A stretch of DNA of 64,000 nt from assembly GCA_039621445.1 (NCBI GenBank), contig CP154954.1, positions 9,939,521-10,003,520 of the forward strand, given 5' to 3'. The translations under genes were made by a program, and so were the position numbers. Numbering within the stretch: position 1 is the first letter of the stretch; each line of letters starts with the position of its first letter. Below, in pieces: positions 41,027 through 53,347 of this stretch. The DNA comes from Euglena gracilis. Taxonomy: Eukaryota. Below the pieces are notes generated by a model. The model had not been told where the DNA came from. It made no database searches and was given only the letters and a program-made list of their open reading frames with translations.

Positions 41027-41340
41027 AAACAGGCAGGGCAGGTTTGCGACAAATGACGCCGTTTCTCAATGGGTTGCCGAATGAAATTCAGCATCCTCAG
41101 CAGAGACTTTGGGTCTGGATTGGGGTCAAAGATCAGAAAACCTTGAAGGTACTCACCTCAGGCTTCCATGGGCTCCTACTTGGTTCGGATCCTCTTGCGG
41201 AAAAGCCAGGCAGGCACTCAAAGTTGAAGAGTTTGGTTTGCTAACTCATCAGAGAAGCAAAACAGGGTAGCCATGCGGACAGGAATTCGGGAGGCAAGGT
41301 CTTGAGCGTTTTTCAGCGGGACATTCAAGTTCTTGGACTC

Positions 41341-41500
41341 GCAATAATCCACAAAAGCTTTGGTCAGACAACCATCATTGTGGATGAACGCTTTAATTGG
41401 TTCCCAAGTTGCGTCTTGGAGACCATAGCCTTTCAACACAGTCAGGAACCTCCAACCTTGTTTGTACTTGTGAGTCTGGATGGATTCAACTTCAAAAAAT
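41341..41500 (-). other. Chromodomain at integrase C-terminus (copy 2 about 55782-55941)
   Basis: FFEVESIQTHKYKQGWRFLTV(W/L)KGYGLQD(A/E)TWEPIKAF matches the chromo pattern V-W-K-G-Y...T-W-E-P. Confidence 0.9.
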
Positions 41501-44500
41501 CCGTCTTCTTCAGTGTTGGGTTCCTCACGTGGGGCTTCAGGTTGATTTGCCTCATCCCGAACGGAAATTTCTGCTTCGTCTTCATTGTCGCTCAGTTCTT
41601 CAGGCTGGTTTGGAAAATGCTTCAGGAACTCGAAGGCGACTTCAACTTCACCTCCCAGTTTCGGGGATGCTCTCAGCAAAACAGCGGAGTGCTTGACTTG
41701 GATGGTCCAAACCATTGAGATCCCAGTTTTACAGTTGGCCATTGGGGAAACCGATTGCGATGGACCAGGACATAGTCATTGACTTGATAGACAGCGCTTG
41801 ACCTTCCACGGTTGTTTCTCTGAAGCGCCTTTTCTCTGAGAGCTTTCAGCAGTTGGACAGCGGACTCTTGAAGAGAAATTTGGTTGGTGATCCAGGTTTG
41901 GACATTCGGGTTGGCATCAGGCTCAGGGACAAGGTCAGGTTGCCAGGCGGGTCGACCGAAGAAAAGTTCAGCGGGGCACAGTTGGGTTGATGAGTGAACT
42001 TGGTTGTTCATCATCCAGGTGCACAGGGGAACAAGGCGAATCCAGTCCTTTGATTTTTGGCTTGCCATCAAACACCGCATGTTTTGTACAAAACTCCGAT
42101 TCATCCTTTCGCACAAACCATTGTTCTCAGGCCTTCGGGGGGTTGAGAAATTTACTTTCACTTTCATGGCCTTCAGGGCGGATTGCCAAAATCCTCTTTC
42201 TGAAACGAAACGCACATCGTTGTCACTGAATATTTCTTTGGGGCGACCGAACTTCTGAATCCATTCTCTGATCACAAGTTCCAGAACACCTTCTGCATCG
42301 ATCCGTTTGCGGCAGGGGATGAACTGGGCAAAGCGGGACAAACCACAGACAATTGTCAAAATGTAGTCCTTGCCAGCATATTCATCCATCGAGATGAAAT
42401 CAACATACAAAATTTCATTCACCATCGAAGGGATCGGCAACGCACCAACCAATCCTCGGTCTTTGGCTGAGTTCGGTTTTGCTTCAGCACAGATTCTGCA
42501 AGACAAAATGGTTTACCGAACTTCTTCCATCAGGTCTTTCAGAGTCAAGTCAACGTGGAAATTGCTTTTCAGGAACCAGGTTGTCCTTTCGATTCCAGGA
42601 TGTCCATTGATCGTGTGACACCAGACAATTGTGTCAGGCAATTTTCCTTTCGGTAGGGCAAGCTTCTTTTCATTCCACAATTTGTTCTCGTCGCGGTAAA
42701 ACATGGTTCCGTCAATCAGGGTTGCAGTGTGAGGTTGGATTCTCCCCCAAACTTGTGCATTCTCCTCTTGATAGTCCTGGGCGCAAAGGTCCTTCATTTG
42801 TTCCAAAGCCTCCATTCTCAGATCAAGCTGGATGTCCATTCTTTGGAAAGCTTGTCGGGCAAGGTCCTCACTGTCAGCTTGGAAAAGTTCACAAAACTTT
42901 TCACGGGAGAGCATATCACAGAGTTCATTCTTGGCACCAGGGATGTGATGGATGTGGAGTCGGAACTGGGACAGGAAAACCCACCAGCGTTTCAGTCGGG
43001 CATTCTCAGGGGGGTTCCCGCGAACAAAGTACGAAACGGCAGCTTGGTCGCACAGCCAGACAATGGGCAGGTGTGAGAGGATTCGGCGTTGAGACGCAAT
43101 GCCCAACACCCCACCCAGCAATTCTTGTTCGTAGGTAGCGTAATTTTGGCGTGCGGGCGACCATTTCCAATTAAAATGGCCGAGCGGCACGAGAACTTCG
43201 CTTTCAGTGTGGGTGTGTTTCAGGGTTCCATCACGGTTGACTCCGATCACAGCACCAAACGACTCAGTTTTGTCTTTGCTCAACTTTTGCCATTGGTAGA
43301 GGCTTGCACCGCCACCAACATCATAGGCGTCAGTGACAATCAGAATTTCTCCATCACTGTTGGGGACTCCCAAATTTCTGGCATCGGCAAGTTTGGCTTT
43401 CAAGGTCTCAAAAGCAGATTGATGTTCATCGGTCCATTTGAACGGAACACCCTTTTTGGTCAGGTCAGTCAGAATGGCTGATGTGAAAGAGAACCTTGGG
43501 ATGTGGCGGCGATAGAAGTTGAGGGCTCCGAGAAAACGTTGAAGGGACTTGAGATCTTTCACTTGGACACGCTGCAAAGCCTCAATTTTCTTTGTCGAGG
43601 GTTTCCACCAGCCATTTTCCAGTTGATATCCGAGGTACTCCAGACTTTCTTTCATGAACTCACACTTGCTAAGTTTTATTCTGAGGTGATCTTGTCGGGC
43701 GACTTCGAAAACTCTCTCAAAATCTCATGGTGTTGTTCCAACGTGTGGGTTCCAATTCCAACGTCATCAAAGAAGGCGGCAACAACACATCCTTGCCCCA
43801 GGAGTTCCTTGGCTCTGGGTCTGCGTCGAAAATCATCGATGACTTTGTTCATTAGCTCTTGGAACACTCCAGGGGCATTGCTCAGACAAAAAGGCATCAC
43901 CCTCCACTTGTACACGCGTCCATTTGGCAAAATAAAGGCAGTCAACTCCTGGGCTCGGAGAGTCAACTCCACCTGCCAAAATCCAGAGCGCATGTCCAGT
44001 TTTGACTTGAAACGCAGGGCGGCCAGGCCTTCAACAGTGGCTTCAAGGTCCGGCAGAAAACCAACGTGGGGAACAGTCTTGCAATTCAACTTGCTGTAAT
44101 CACCAACAAGTCGTTTGGTTTTCGCAATTTTGGTCTCTTTGCCTTTGTCCTTCTCCACCAGGAATGAGCGAGAACAGAATCTGGGAAAATCTGAACCCTT
44201 GAATTCTTCCACCAATCCAGTACTGACAAGTTCCTCAACCTGTCTTTCCATCTCCAAAACATCAGGCTTCGGCATGGAAAAGCATTTCTCGCGAACAGTC
44301 GAACCTTGAAATTCAGGTTTTAGCTCCAGATCCATGGATACCAGTTTCTTGCAGGTACCAGGGGGTGGCAATTCTCCAAAAACATCGGAAAATTCTTGTA
44401 GGATCGATTTGATTGTGGGCTCTGCGTCCAGCTTTTCCAATTCTTGATTGAACTCGCCATGCAAAATGTCCGATTCCTTCCACTGCTTTTGGGTTGCTTG

Positions 44501-44965
44501 CATTTGAAGATGTGTGTGCTCCTTTGGGTTGAACAGGGATGCAATTTGTTGGAAATCACTTCGGCAGGCGGGAAAAAACGGGGAAGACGGTTTGGCCTTG
44601 GTGGACCACTCTCCCCCATTGGCGAATTGTCGAACAACGGTTGAAACATCTTGGAGCAATTCGGAAATCTGAAAAATTTGTGAGTCCACTTCACGGGTCA
44701 GTTCAGCCATGAACAAGTCCAAATCCCAGGTTGAATCAAGCTCAAAATCGTCTTTCAGGGAAACTGGCGAGAGATCAGGCAGTTTGGGCTCACAGGGCTT
44801 TGATGGTGTGCAGGGAACACGCGATTTTGGCTCTTGGGCATCAACTTCCACAAAGACCTCCTTTGGTTTGTGAATGGCTTTCAGATCAGACAGACCAAGA
44901 TTTTTGCATCTGCGATGGAGGTGTGCCAAAAGTCTTGGGTCAAGCTCAGACACACGAACTCGGGT

Positions 44966-45403
44966 GCCGTCCACCACAGAAATCAGAGTCCCCCATTAGG
45001 GTTTTGGCAGGACCCTTTGATCTTTTTCGCGCATGAATATCTTTTCATCAGGCACACTGATCTGATCCACAGTCATTCTGTCCAACAGTCTTCTCCAATT
45101 TGTGCTCGAACCTCCAGTCCAGTCAGGGGTCACAAGAACCACTTTGGCCCTGTCCATCCCAATTTTGGTCAATGTCTTTTCCAGTTTGGACCACGGCGGA
45201 TTTGCCCACAGAAACTCAGACTCATTGGCCATCAATTTTGACCAGTCATATTTCCATGCGCTGTTTTCCTTCGAACAGTGGAGCAATTCATGGGCATTGC
45301 CTTGTGAAGCAAACAGGTCCACTCGGATTTTGGTTGGTTCAATTCCAAGATCATTCAGCGCTTTGTCTCGCAAAGTGGGTAGCAACTGATAGCTTTCAGT
45401 GGC
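44966..45403 (-). other. N6-adenine DNA methyltransferase-like domain, copy 1
   Basis: VDLFAS..N, AWKYDW, LWANPPW (NPPW at 45191-45202), VVLVTPDW. Premature stop at 44996. Confidence 0.85.
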
Positions 45404-47803
45404 AAACATTCGATACATGGAGTAAATGTGTCCTTTTTCCTCACGCAGGGGAATTGCCTCATCACCAATGACGAGACGGGCAGGACGAAACAGGATTCCA
45501 GAAACTTTGGGGTGGTTCAGGAAATCCATACCAAGAACAGCATCGAACGCGGTTGTGTTCAGGACAAGCAGCTTTTGGTGAAAGTCGTTGTTCCCCAGAT
45601 GCAGGGTGGTTTCAGCACACCTTCCGAATACACAACAGTTCCATCGCCCATCTTGACAGGGACTGCCTTTTCTCTTTGGACAGGAAGCCCTTGGGAGAAA
45701 CGGGTTGAAATGGCAGACGTGGTGGTCTTGGTATCGAGAACAACCGACACATTTCTTCCACCAATGTTGGTTTCCAAATACAACGTGGTGCTTGGTTTTC
45801 CCAGATATGAAATGGATTCGAATTTGCGCTTCTTTCCAGGGTCTTCCCCAGAATTGGGGGGCGAATTTGCAAGCAAGTTTGACTGTGTGGAAGGACGGGG
45901 CGGCTGAGGCGACGATTGATTCAGACGCTTCTTGTCCTCGCGTTTTTTCGTCCAACAGGCATCCTCATAATGGCCGACACGCTTGCAGTATTTGCAGGTT
46001 ATTTTCGCCTTGAAATTTGGCTCGTTGCTGCGGTCCGCGGGGGGTCCACGGCCAGAGGGTTTGTGTTGGTTGAAACCTTTGCCTTTGCCTTTGCCCTTGG
46101 ACTTGCCTTTGCCAGGGTTGGTCGAACTTGGCTCATCACTTTCCCCAATCAAGTGGATTTTTGCGGACTTCTCACCACCGAAGGCTTTGGCTTGGGAATA
46201 CAGATAACGTTCCAGGGCATCGTCGGTGACTTTCTTTCGCCAAAATTCTTTCAGGGAATCAAAGGTCGAACATTTGTCACGGTTGCGTTCATCAGCTCTC
46301 ATGTCTTTCCATTGCAGGGGGTGAATTTTGGACACAAGCAGTTAGAAGCTTTTCCTGCTCACCCAGGGCATCAGGGGACATCCGGGACAAAATGTCAGAC
46401 ATTTCCACAAACAGCGCTTCAAGTTCACCGGGCGAAGGTTCTTTGGATAATTGGGGAAGCTTGGAAAGTTGGGCTCGCAGTGAAATGTCATTTTCAACCT
46501 TCGGATAAACTTGCATCAGGCGGGGGACAAATTCAGAAAATTCATCCACTTCTTCGGCAAGCCATTCGACGACTCTCAAAACTTTGGGGGTTGAAGCGGC
46601 GATAGCCCAGTCAAGTTGAATGTTGTCGGGCTGGCTTTCCACACCGGTCAGGCGCATCCATCTTGAAAAGGAGCGAAGCCAAATTTCTGCATCCGAACCG
46701 TCAAACTTCGGTAATTCTAGTCCAGGCACACGAGACACAAGACCAGGCTTTCGTTCAGTGTCGGCAGTGTCAGCAGACTTCCTGGCGATCAATTTTGGAG
46801 GCCGGGGGGCGAAGGGAGATTTTGCTGTTGCTGGAAGTGAAACATTTGGGCTGCTTAACTCGAGTCCAGCGAGGCGGGCTTCAAGCTCAGCAATTTTCTG
46901 GGCAAACGATTCTTCACCAACTTCAGACATTTTTTTCGTTTTGGTTCGATCAGTTTCTGAGTAGGTGGGCTGTGTAACAGGTTGGCAGACAAAGGCTCAA
47001 AATCTGGGTCAGGCTTGCACTCAAAATCAGGGGGGTCACTCAAAATCTGGGACAGGCTGCGCTCAAAATCAGGGGGGGAGCAGGCTGTCAGTTGGACCTC
47101 CAAACTGGCAAACAAACTTTCAGACTTTTGAGCTGAACAGTTGAAAATCAACTGGCAAACCACTTTGGTACAAACAGTTGAATGGAACTTTGACAAACGA
47201 GCTGGCAAACAAACTTGCAGAAATTTGCCAACAATTCTGATCAAACAGTCTGGCAGACAGACTTCCAAAACAGAATCACAGATCAGACTTGCAGACATTC
47301 TGTCAACCAACTGCTTGCCAAAACAGCTGTTGTCACTCAAAATCCTGGGGGTTGGCTGGTCAATGGGGGGATTTTGGCAAGCAGCTGGTCCAGGGGGGGC
47401 TGGTTGGCACTCAAAATCCGTTTGTGTTGGTGTGGCAATCTTCCAAACAGACTTCCAACAATCAAACAGCAAACAATCAAACCAACAAACTTCAAGTTTT
47501 CTGTCAGACAGACTTCCAAAGTCCAGAAACACAGTTTCAAACAAACAAACTTGCAAGAAACAAGAATCTTTCTGGGGGGTGGGTCGCTATGTACAACAGT
47601 GTAACAGTGAAGTACAGAAAACGTTCTACCTCCTCCGACGACTCTGCACCCAGAACTTGTTGTCCTCAAACTTGAAAACTTGAAAGATAAGGCCCCAGTG
47701 GCCACGGCAAATGCCAAAACCAGCTTCAGCCAAAACTGCTCTGCACGAAGTCGAGATTCCCCAGCAGCTGACGACTGTCGACAGCACGTAGGATCGTAGT
47801 ACT

Positions 47804-47816
47804 CCTCTTGCTACCA
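47804..47816 (-). promoter_or_regulatory. Primer-binding site TGGTAGCAAGAGG, probably for initiator tRNA-Met (copy 2 at 62162-62174)
   Basis: 1 nt from the 5' LTR. Its complement ends GCTACCA like many eukaryotic tRNAi-Met, and the nearby ggatcg resembles the iMet T loop. Confidence 0.7.
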
Positions 47817-47817
47817 A

Positions 47818-48136
47818 TGAAGCTTTTCTCCTTGAACTGGAACTTCTCCAAACAACTTGATAGTTCCAAACTTGAAATGTCCTACCTCTTGTTATAATCG
47901 TGTCCAAGACACAGCCACAGGCAAAGCACGTAATGTGCACTGCCAAACAACGAGAAAACCAAAACTGTGAAGAGGAGGTGAGAGGAATGTACAATTACAG
48001 TAGCGAAACTGTCCGCGAAGCAGTTGATAGTGAATTCCTGAGCAGCAGGGAGCTGCCAGGAAGGAGACATCGCAAAGCGACGCCTGGGTAAGAGGAAAGT
48101 GATCTGTGCACTGGTAAATCAGGCTACGGCGTTACA
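47818..48136 (-). repeat. 5' LTR of copy 1
   Basis: tgaagcttttc...ctacggcgttaca, 319 bp. Confidence 0.97.
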
Positions 48137-48234
48137 TGGGTCTTTTTGCATTTTTTTGGCAGATTTGTGATTCCTTGGCCTCTATATCAAGAACTGTGTT
48201 GCTAACCCAACCTCTTTCCTGAGGCCTGGGTTGC

Positions 48235-48912
48235 TTGGATCAGGCCCAAAATCCAGCACGTCCACCCCCGGCAGACACTGTATTGTTTGGCGACACGTTT
48301 GCCGAACAAGCGGGACTCCCAACGGGAACGGAAAAGAACCAAAAACTTTCCTTCCATGCGGCGATGGATTTTGCCAAAGTTCTGGCCCATCAAAATTGCG
48401 TTTTGTCCAATTTGGATGATTGGATGACCGCCTTTGCAAAATGGACTTTGTCTGTGGGCTGCCTTTTTGATGATGTCACTCAAAGAGATGTTGCCTTGGC
48501 GCAACGAAAAGATCTATGTGCCGCTGCTGGTGTTCCTGTTCGATATTGGAGTCCCCCAACACTGAAGACCAACGTGAATGCGTTGGCCCTCATGTACAAG
48601 CAAACAGGTCCGGCGTCTGGCATCGTCCTGAGTGCAAATTTCAGTTTCCGAATTTTTGTCGGTTTTTAAACGCAGCCTATGACCGTGCTCGGACAACTTC
48701 GGCCACCAAAGATTCAGTCGCAGTGCTGACGGACGAAGAAATGGTCACATTGCATGACCACAAATTTTCAGTCATGCTACGAGTTGCAACGCATGAGCTT
48801 GCTTCTCATCGCCTTCCAACTTGGCTACCGGCCCGATTCCTTAATTGACCTCCGTGTCCGCAATTTTCAACTACAGACACAGGACGTGTTGTGTTTGCTA
48901 CTGCAATCTTAG
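48235..48912 (+). pseudogene. Frameshifted tyrosine-recombinase-like (Crypton-like) ORF, copy 1
   Basis: Same sequence as 62593-63273 with indels. Confidence 0.5.
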
Positions 48913-49954
48913 CCTGCAATGTCCATCCATCATATTTCTGTATTCTTCAATGTCTTTTTTCGTTGGTATGACGGAGGGTGTGTTAGCAACCCATGCCTCA
49001 GGACAAAGGCTGTGCACAGCCTTTGTCAAGCCCTGAGGCCTGCGTTACTAACACAGCCTCTGTCCTGAGGCCTGGTGCTGGTAACACGGCCTCAACCATT
49101 TTGGTCAAATTTTGGTCAATTTCATGGTCACCTTGCTTGTATCTGGAGTTCTAATGTGGACAAACAACTAATTCCAAGAGGGACAAACAAACCATTTTCT
49201 TGGCAGGGAATTTCCTTATTGTTCAAAATCAGTGAATGCGTAAACTCGGTGGTTTACATCTGCCAGAGGGAGAAGGAACCTCATCGCGATTAAAACGGAT
49301 TTTTTCCGACGAGTTAAATACCATACCGACTCCCCAGTATTTTGGTGTCCTAATTCCTAACTTTGAGTGACAAACACTACCATGCAGCATTGGGTATCTT
49401 TCGAAAGATTGGTGGAATCTTGCCTTTCAGAACATTTCAGAAATATTTCAGAAATATTTCGAAAAAAGAAAAATATTTCCTTCAGTTTTTGCAACGATGA
49501 AGGATCCACCAGGACCTGGGGACCTTGGAAGATCAGCTAGCGGGAAAGGTTAAGCGGGGAAAATTTTTTTTTGCAAGAGGCCAGAAACGGAATCGAACCA
49601 ACGAGGTTTTGAATCAAAACGGAATTAAACCGCGCGCTTTTAATGCCCTTTTATTAACTAACTGCTTTGCACTTTGAAACACCCCTCTTTAGGCAATTGC
49701 TCCTCAAAATTATGAATGTTTTCATTAAGGAATTTGCCAATCAATATTTGGCATTGGAACACCAGATTTGGGATTAGGCATTGCTGCACAAAATAAGATC
49801 AACAACATGAGCTGGTTTCCGTCACGCCGTCGGCCAGCCGTGTGCTCCCCCTTTGATGTTTTAGGCCTTGAAATAGAAAGAAAACAAAAAGAAGGAACAC
49901 TGATATTGGTTCCTCATGCTGAAATTCACCCCAAAATCACTTGTTGATGTGAGG

Positions 49955-50418
49955 TATTTTGAGATTTTGGGGCCCTTAGACAGTTGAGCTACAAAATATT
50001 TGCCCCCCCCAAAACGATTTGGTAACACAGGGGATTTTGTTATTTTGGGTCCCTCGAAGAGTTTGGCCATAAATGGGATTTGCCCCCAAAACGCTTTGGT
50101 AACACAAGGTATTTTGTTAATTTGGGTCCTCGAACAGGTTGAGCAACAAAAAGGGATTTTGTCATTTGGGGGGTGGTTGATATCGGCCTGGGGGGGGGGG
50201 CAGTGGGCCGACCCCAGGGTCGGCCCAACATGACCCTAGGGTCGCTAGGGGCGGCCCACCCCACGACCTCGACCCCCCTCCAAATCCATGGGTCGGCCCA
50301 CCACAGATCTTGGGGGGGGGGTCGACCTTGGCGACTTTAGCAACCATAACGACCCCAGGGTCGTAGTGGCAAACCCTAGGGTTGGCACACTACCCCCCCA
50401 GGCTAGATCCGGGAGCCC
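49955..50418 (+). repeat. Diverged satellite monomers followed by ggccgacccc/gggagccc terminus
   Basis: ttttggggcccttagacagttgagc...ccccaaaacgatttggtaacacag. Same layout as 26637-27863. Confidence 0.75.
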
Positions 50419-51196
50419 TCTCTCACACTGTATACTTTTTTTTCTTGGCGTCTGGTCAATGGAGAGTATCCTTGGCACATGGGGATGAAGAAAGAAAAGC
50501 GAAGGGGTATGGGACACTATTGAGCGCATGGATGGTGCATTTTTTAAAAAAAAACAACATCTTTTTTTTTTATTTAAAAAAACACCTAAAAACATCATCA
50601 AAAGAAACAAAAGGAAAATTTCATTGAAAACCTCATTATGAAACACCCAAACCCCACTTCGAATCCTGCTAAAATTCAAATGCTGCAAAAAATGGACAAA
50701 AACATCCAAAAAAAGCAAAAAAAATGCATTTTTAGGACTTTTTTCGCAGGAATGGCGTGGAAGCTGCCAAAAATGATTGAAAACATGTGTTCAAATTTTT
50801 TTCGGTGCAAAACCTGGTGGGTGTCTTTTTTAAAAAAATGTGAAAATTTAAATAAACAAAAAACAGCGTCCAAAAAAAACAACAAGTTGCCAACTATGAT
50901 TAAGAGGGGGACACCATCGGGTGGGGGGTACCTTGTTTGGCAACGGCACAAACACTGTGCGTAAGATTGGTACGACTAGTCAACTATTGATTATTTGTTC
51001 GTCCAACCATCATGTCGATAAAGGTTCACGGAGGGGATCCAGAATTGACATGTGGCGGTTGCCTGCCATCGCGGCGAAATGTGAGATTAAGATTGATTTT
51101 CTCAGTAAGACTTGCCAGGTTGAATTAAGGCTTGCCTTTTTGGGTTTGTTTTGACACACAGATCGAAGGGAAAAAATAGCCGATTATTCGTTCAAA

Positions 51197-52126
51197 TACC
51201 CCCCCCCCCTTATTATCCCACCGACCTCCCCCCGGAAGGCCCGACCGGACAATAAGGGGAGGGGACAATAAGACCGTACCAAAAGAAATGTTCCCAAACG
51301 CGGGACACTTCTTCTTCCGGCAACGAAAAAGAAGCGATTAACCGGGGGGGTCACAAGCGATTAACCGTTTTTTGATTAACCATGGTTAATTGTACCCCCC
51401 CCCCCCAAACGAACGATTAACTGGGGGGTCATAACCGATTAACCGTTTTTCGATTAACCATCCAACCTTGCCGTCCCCAGCCGTCCACTAGCCGTTTTTG
51501 GGACATTTTGGGGTCAAAAAGTCGAAAATTTGAAGCAGGCTTGTGCTTAGTCGGGTGCCTGCCCCACGGGGGGGTGCTAGGTGAGGAATGTATCACAACG
51601 CTGCCTCCCGAAGTCCAAATGGATGTGATGATGAATGTGTCTATCGCCGAGTTACAGGGGCGAAGCAATTTCTGCCCAGCGACTACACCACCCGGGTGAA
51701 CAACTTCAAAGCCTTGCTGCGTTCCATGTACCTGGAGAAACGGTACACCGTGTTCATATGCGGGGAGTTTGAGGAAGTGACCCCCATGACAACGGCCCGC
51801 AAAAACTCCCGCAAAGTTACCATCAGAACAACGGGTAAATACAAAAATATGTTGACGGTGTATCTTCTATCCAGTTCCGTACATTTGGATGAAGGCACCT
51901 AAATGATTAGGTGCCTCTGCTGTGGAATTTCGTTCCACAGTGGCTGCATGGCTGTGAGTTCTTTCGGTCAGTGCAGCTTCTGCCCTTAGGCCACCATGAC
52001 CTGGCGTGTGGTTTTTGCTGCCCCCTGTCTTATTGTCCCTACCGTACCCCCTTATTGCCCCCCTCCCTTATTGTTTGTTTGGGGTCCCAGTGGGAAGGTG
52101 GTTGGGACAATAAGGGGGGGGGGGTA
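51197..52126. mobile_element. TIR element (tacccccc..ttat..ccca) with unidentified internal open frames
   Basis: Imperfect inverted ends with caataag/cttattg motifs. No clear TSD. Confidence 0.45.
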
Positions 52127-52502
52127 CTTGTTCACTTTCACTTCTGGAAAAAACCGAAAAACGGAACGACGGGCGAACACGACGGGCGAAAAAAGAGCTT
52201 CTTTCAAAAAAAAAATCGGCGCTTTCGGCGCCATACCCCCCCCCCCTCTCTGGGAAGTCAACATGTCCAGTTTAGTTCGGAAGTGAACAGGGGGAGTCAC
52301 AGCCCCCCCTCCCACTCCCCCCCTGTAACTAGGATCCGTTAGGTGGACCGACCTTGGTCGCCCAACCCATCGGAGGCGCGGACGGACGGACGGACGGACG
52401 GACGGACGGACGGCTAGAGAAAACTCCTTTCACCTGGACGGACGGCTGGACAGGGTGCAATTTGGCTGGACGGACGGACGGCTAGGTTGGGGACCGATTT
52501 GC

Positions 52503-53079
52503 ACGGTGGTGGGGCGAACCGAATCCACCGACCAGTGGCGCAGCCTACTGGCTTTGAGGGTCCACAGGCGGTTATGGTAATTTACAGATGGGGCAAACTA
52601 CGGCGTGCAAAGTACGGCGGGAGGAAAATGGGCTAGGCCCACCTTCAATACGCTGCGCGGGGAAAGGGAAGGGGCACGTGGGGGTACTGGAGTTCGTGAG
52701 GAGGAGGGTAAGGGGCAGGACGGTGCGAGGCGTGGAAGGGAGTGTGGCGTCTGGTCGTGTTGTGTGTGTGTGTGTGTGTTGTGGCTGCCTCGCTCTCTCT
52801 TTTTTTTTAACGGAGTATGTGTTTGGGCTGTAGGAGATGGAAGACTTCTCGTAGTAGGGCAATAGCGACGTTCTGGTAAATCTCCGCCTCCTTTAGTTCT
52901 CGTTCGGCTCCCTGTTGCCAGGAGGAGGCGCGTCTCGCCACCCTGCTCAGAGTTTTGGCCGTCTCGGGTCCCATGCCCCCCCTCGTCCCGAGGGCGAAGG
53001 GCGTAAAGCCCCAGCCTGCTTGCTGGCATGGGATGTTGTATTTCTGCCTCTTGGCCTCCTCCCTTCTCTTCAGGAAGGA
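52503..53079 (-). mobile_element. 3' fragment of another CRE-like non-LTR family
   Basis: EEAKRQKY..C..AGWGFTPFALGTRGGMG (RLE C-terminus). The 3'-terminal about 48 nt are shared with the element at 39616. Confidence 0.8.
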
Positions 53080-53273
53080 TCTCAGTGCACGCGACTCTGG
53101 AGCTTGGGTGGCTGCCGCGGCTAGCCCTAGCCGCGGCCAGCCGCGGCTGGCTGGCTGGCAAAAAAAAGGAGGAGGTCTGGCCAGCCAAGATTCGGTGTTC
53201 TGTCCCGAAACTTTCTTCCGCTTCATTTTGTTGGACTAGTCCTTTTCCTCTTTTGATATTGGAAGTGTATCGT

Positions 53274-53347
53274 GCACATAGTGTAGTTGGTGCAGCAGCA
53301 TGCAGTTCGGAACTGTCAGGTCGCGGGTTCAAACCCCGCTGTGTGCA
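53274..53347 (+). tRNA. tRNA-like sequence, duplicate copy
   Basis: A-box-like tagtgtagttgg, B-box ggttcaaaccc, same arms as 37583. Confidence 0.5.

Larger units (their letters stand above)
41218..46930 (-). pseudogene. Disrupted gag-pol polyprotein, copy 1
   Basis: Gag LPKFDG and CKYCKRVGHYEDAC; PR (LDTK, mutated); MT NPPW; RT LDMRSGFWQ and FFDD; RH TDAY and NYATYEQE; IN H..H/CRIC with D,D,E; chromodomain. Multiple frameshifts and stops. Confidence 0.93.
39442..48136 (-). mobile_element. Ty3/Gypsy LTR retrotransposon copy 1 (MTase- and chromodomain-bearing)
   Basis: 319-bp TG..CA LTRs, 5-bp TSD TGGGT (39437-39441 and 48137-48141), PBS, PPT, and domain order gag-PR-MT-RT-RH-IN-chromo. Confidence 0.97.
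37379..49631 (+). repeat. Segmental duplication copy 1 (copy 2 is 53080-64000, open at right edge)
   Basis: Collinear near-identity from tctcagtgcacgcgactc through gaatcaaaacggaattaaacc, including the same LTR insertion site. Confidence 0.97.
37135..49851. mobile_element. Composite DNA element, GGGGGAGCA TIRs, TTT TSD (about 4 kb without the nested LTR element)
   Basis: ttt|gggggagca ... tgctccccc|ttt. The 19-mer gccgtcggccagccgtgtg occurs in direct orientation near both ends. Confidence 0.7.

Noticed and set aside
46931-47556. N-terminal gag extension or extra ORF
   Set aside because: Composed of short caaac/cagac repeats typical of a leader. It is in frame with gag in only one copy and has no motif.
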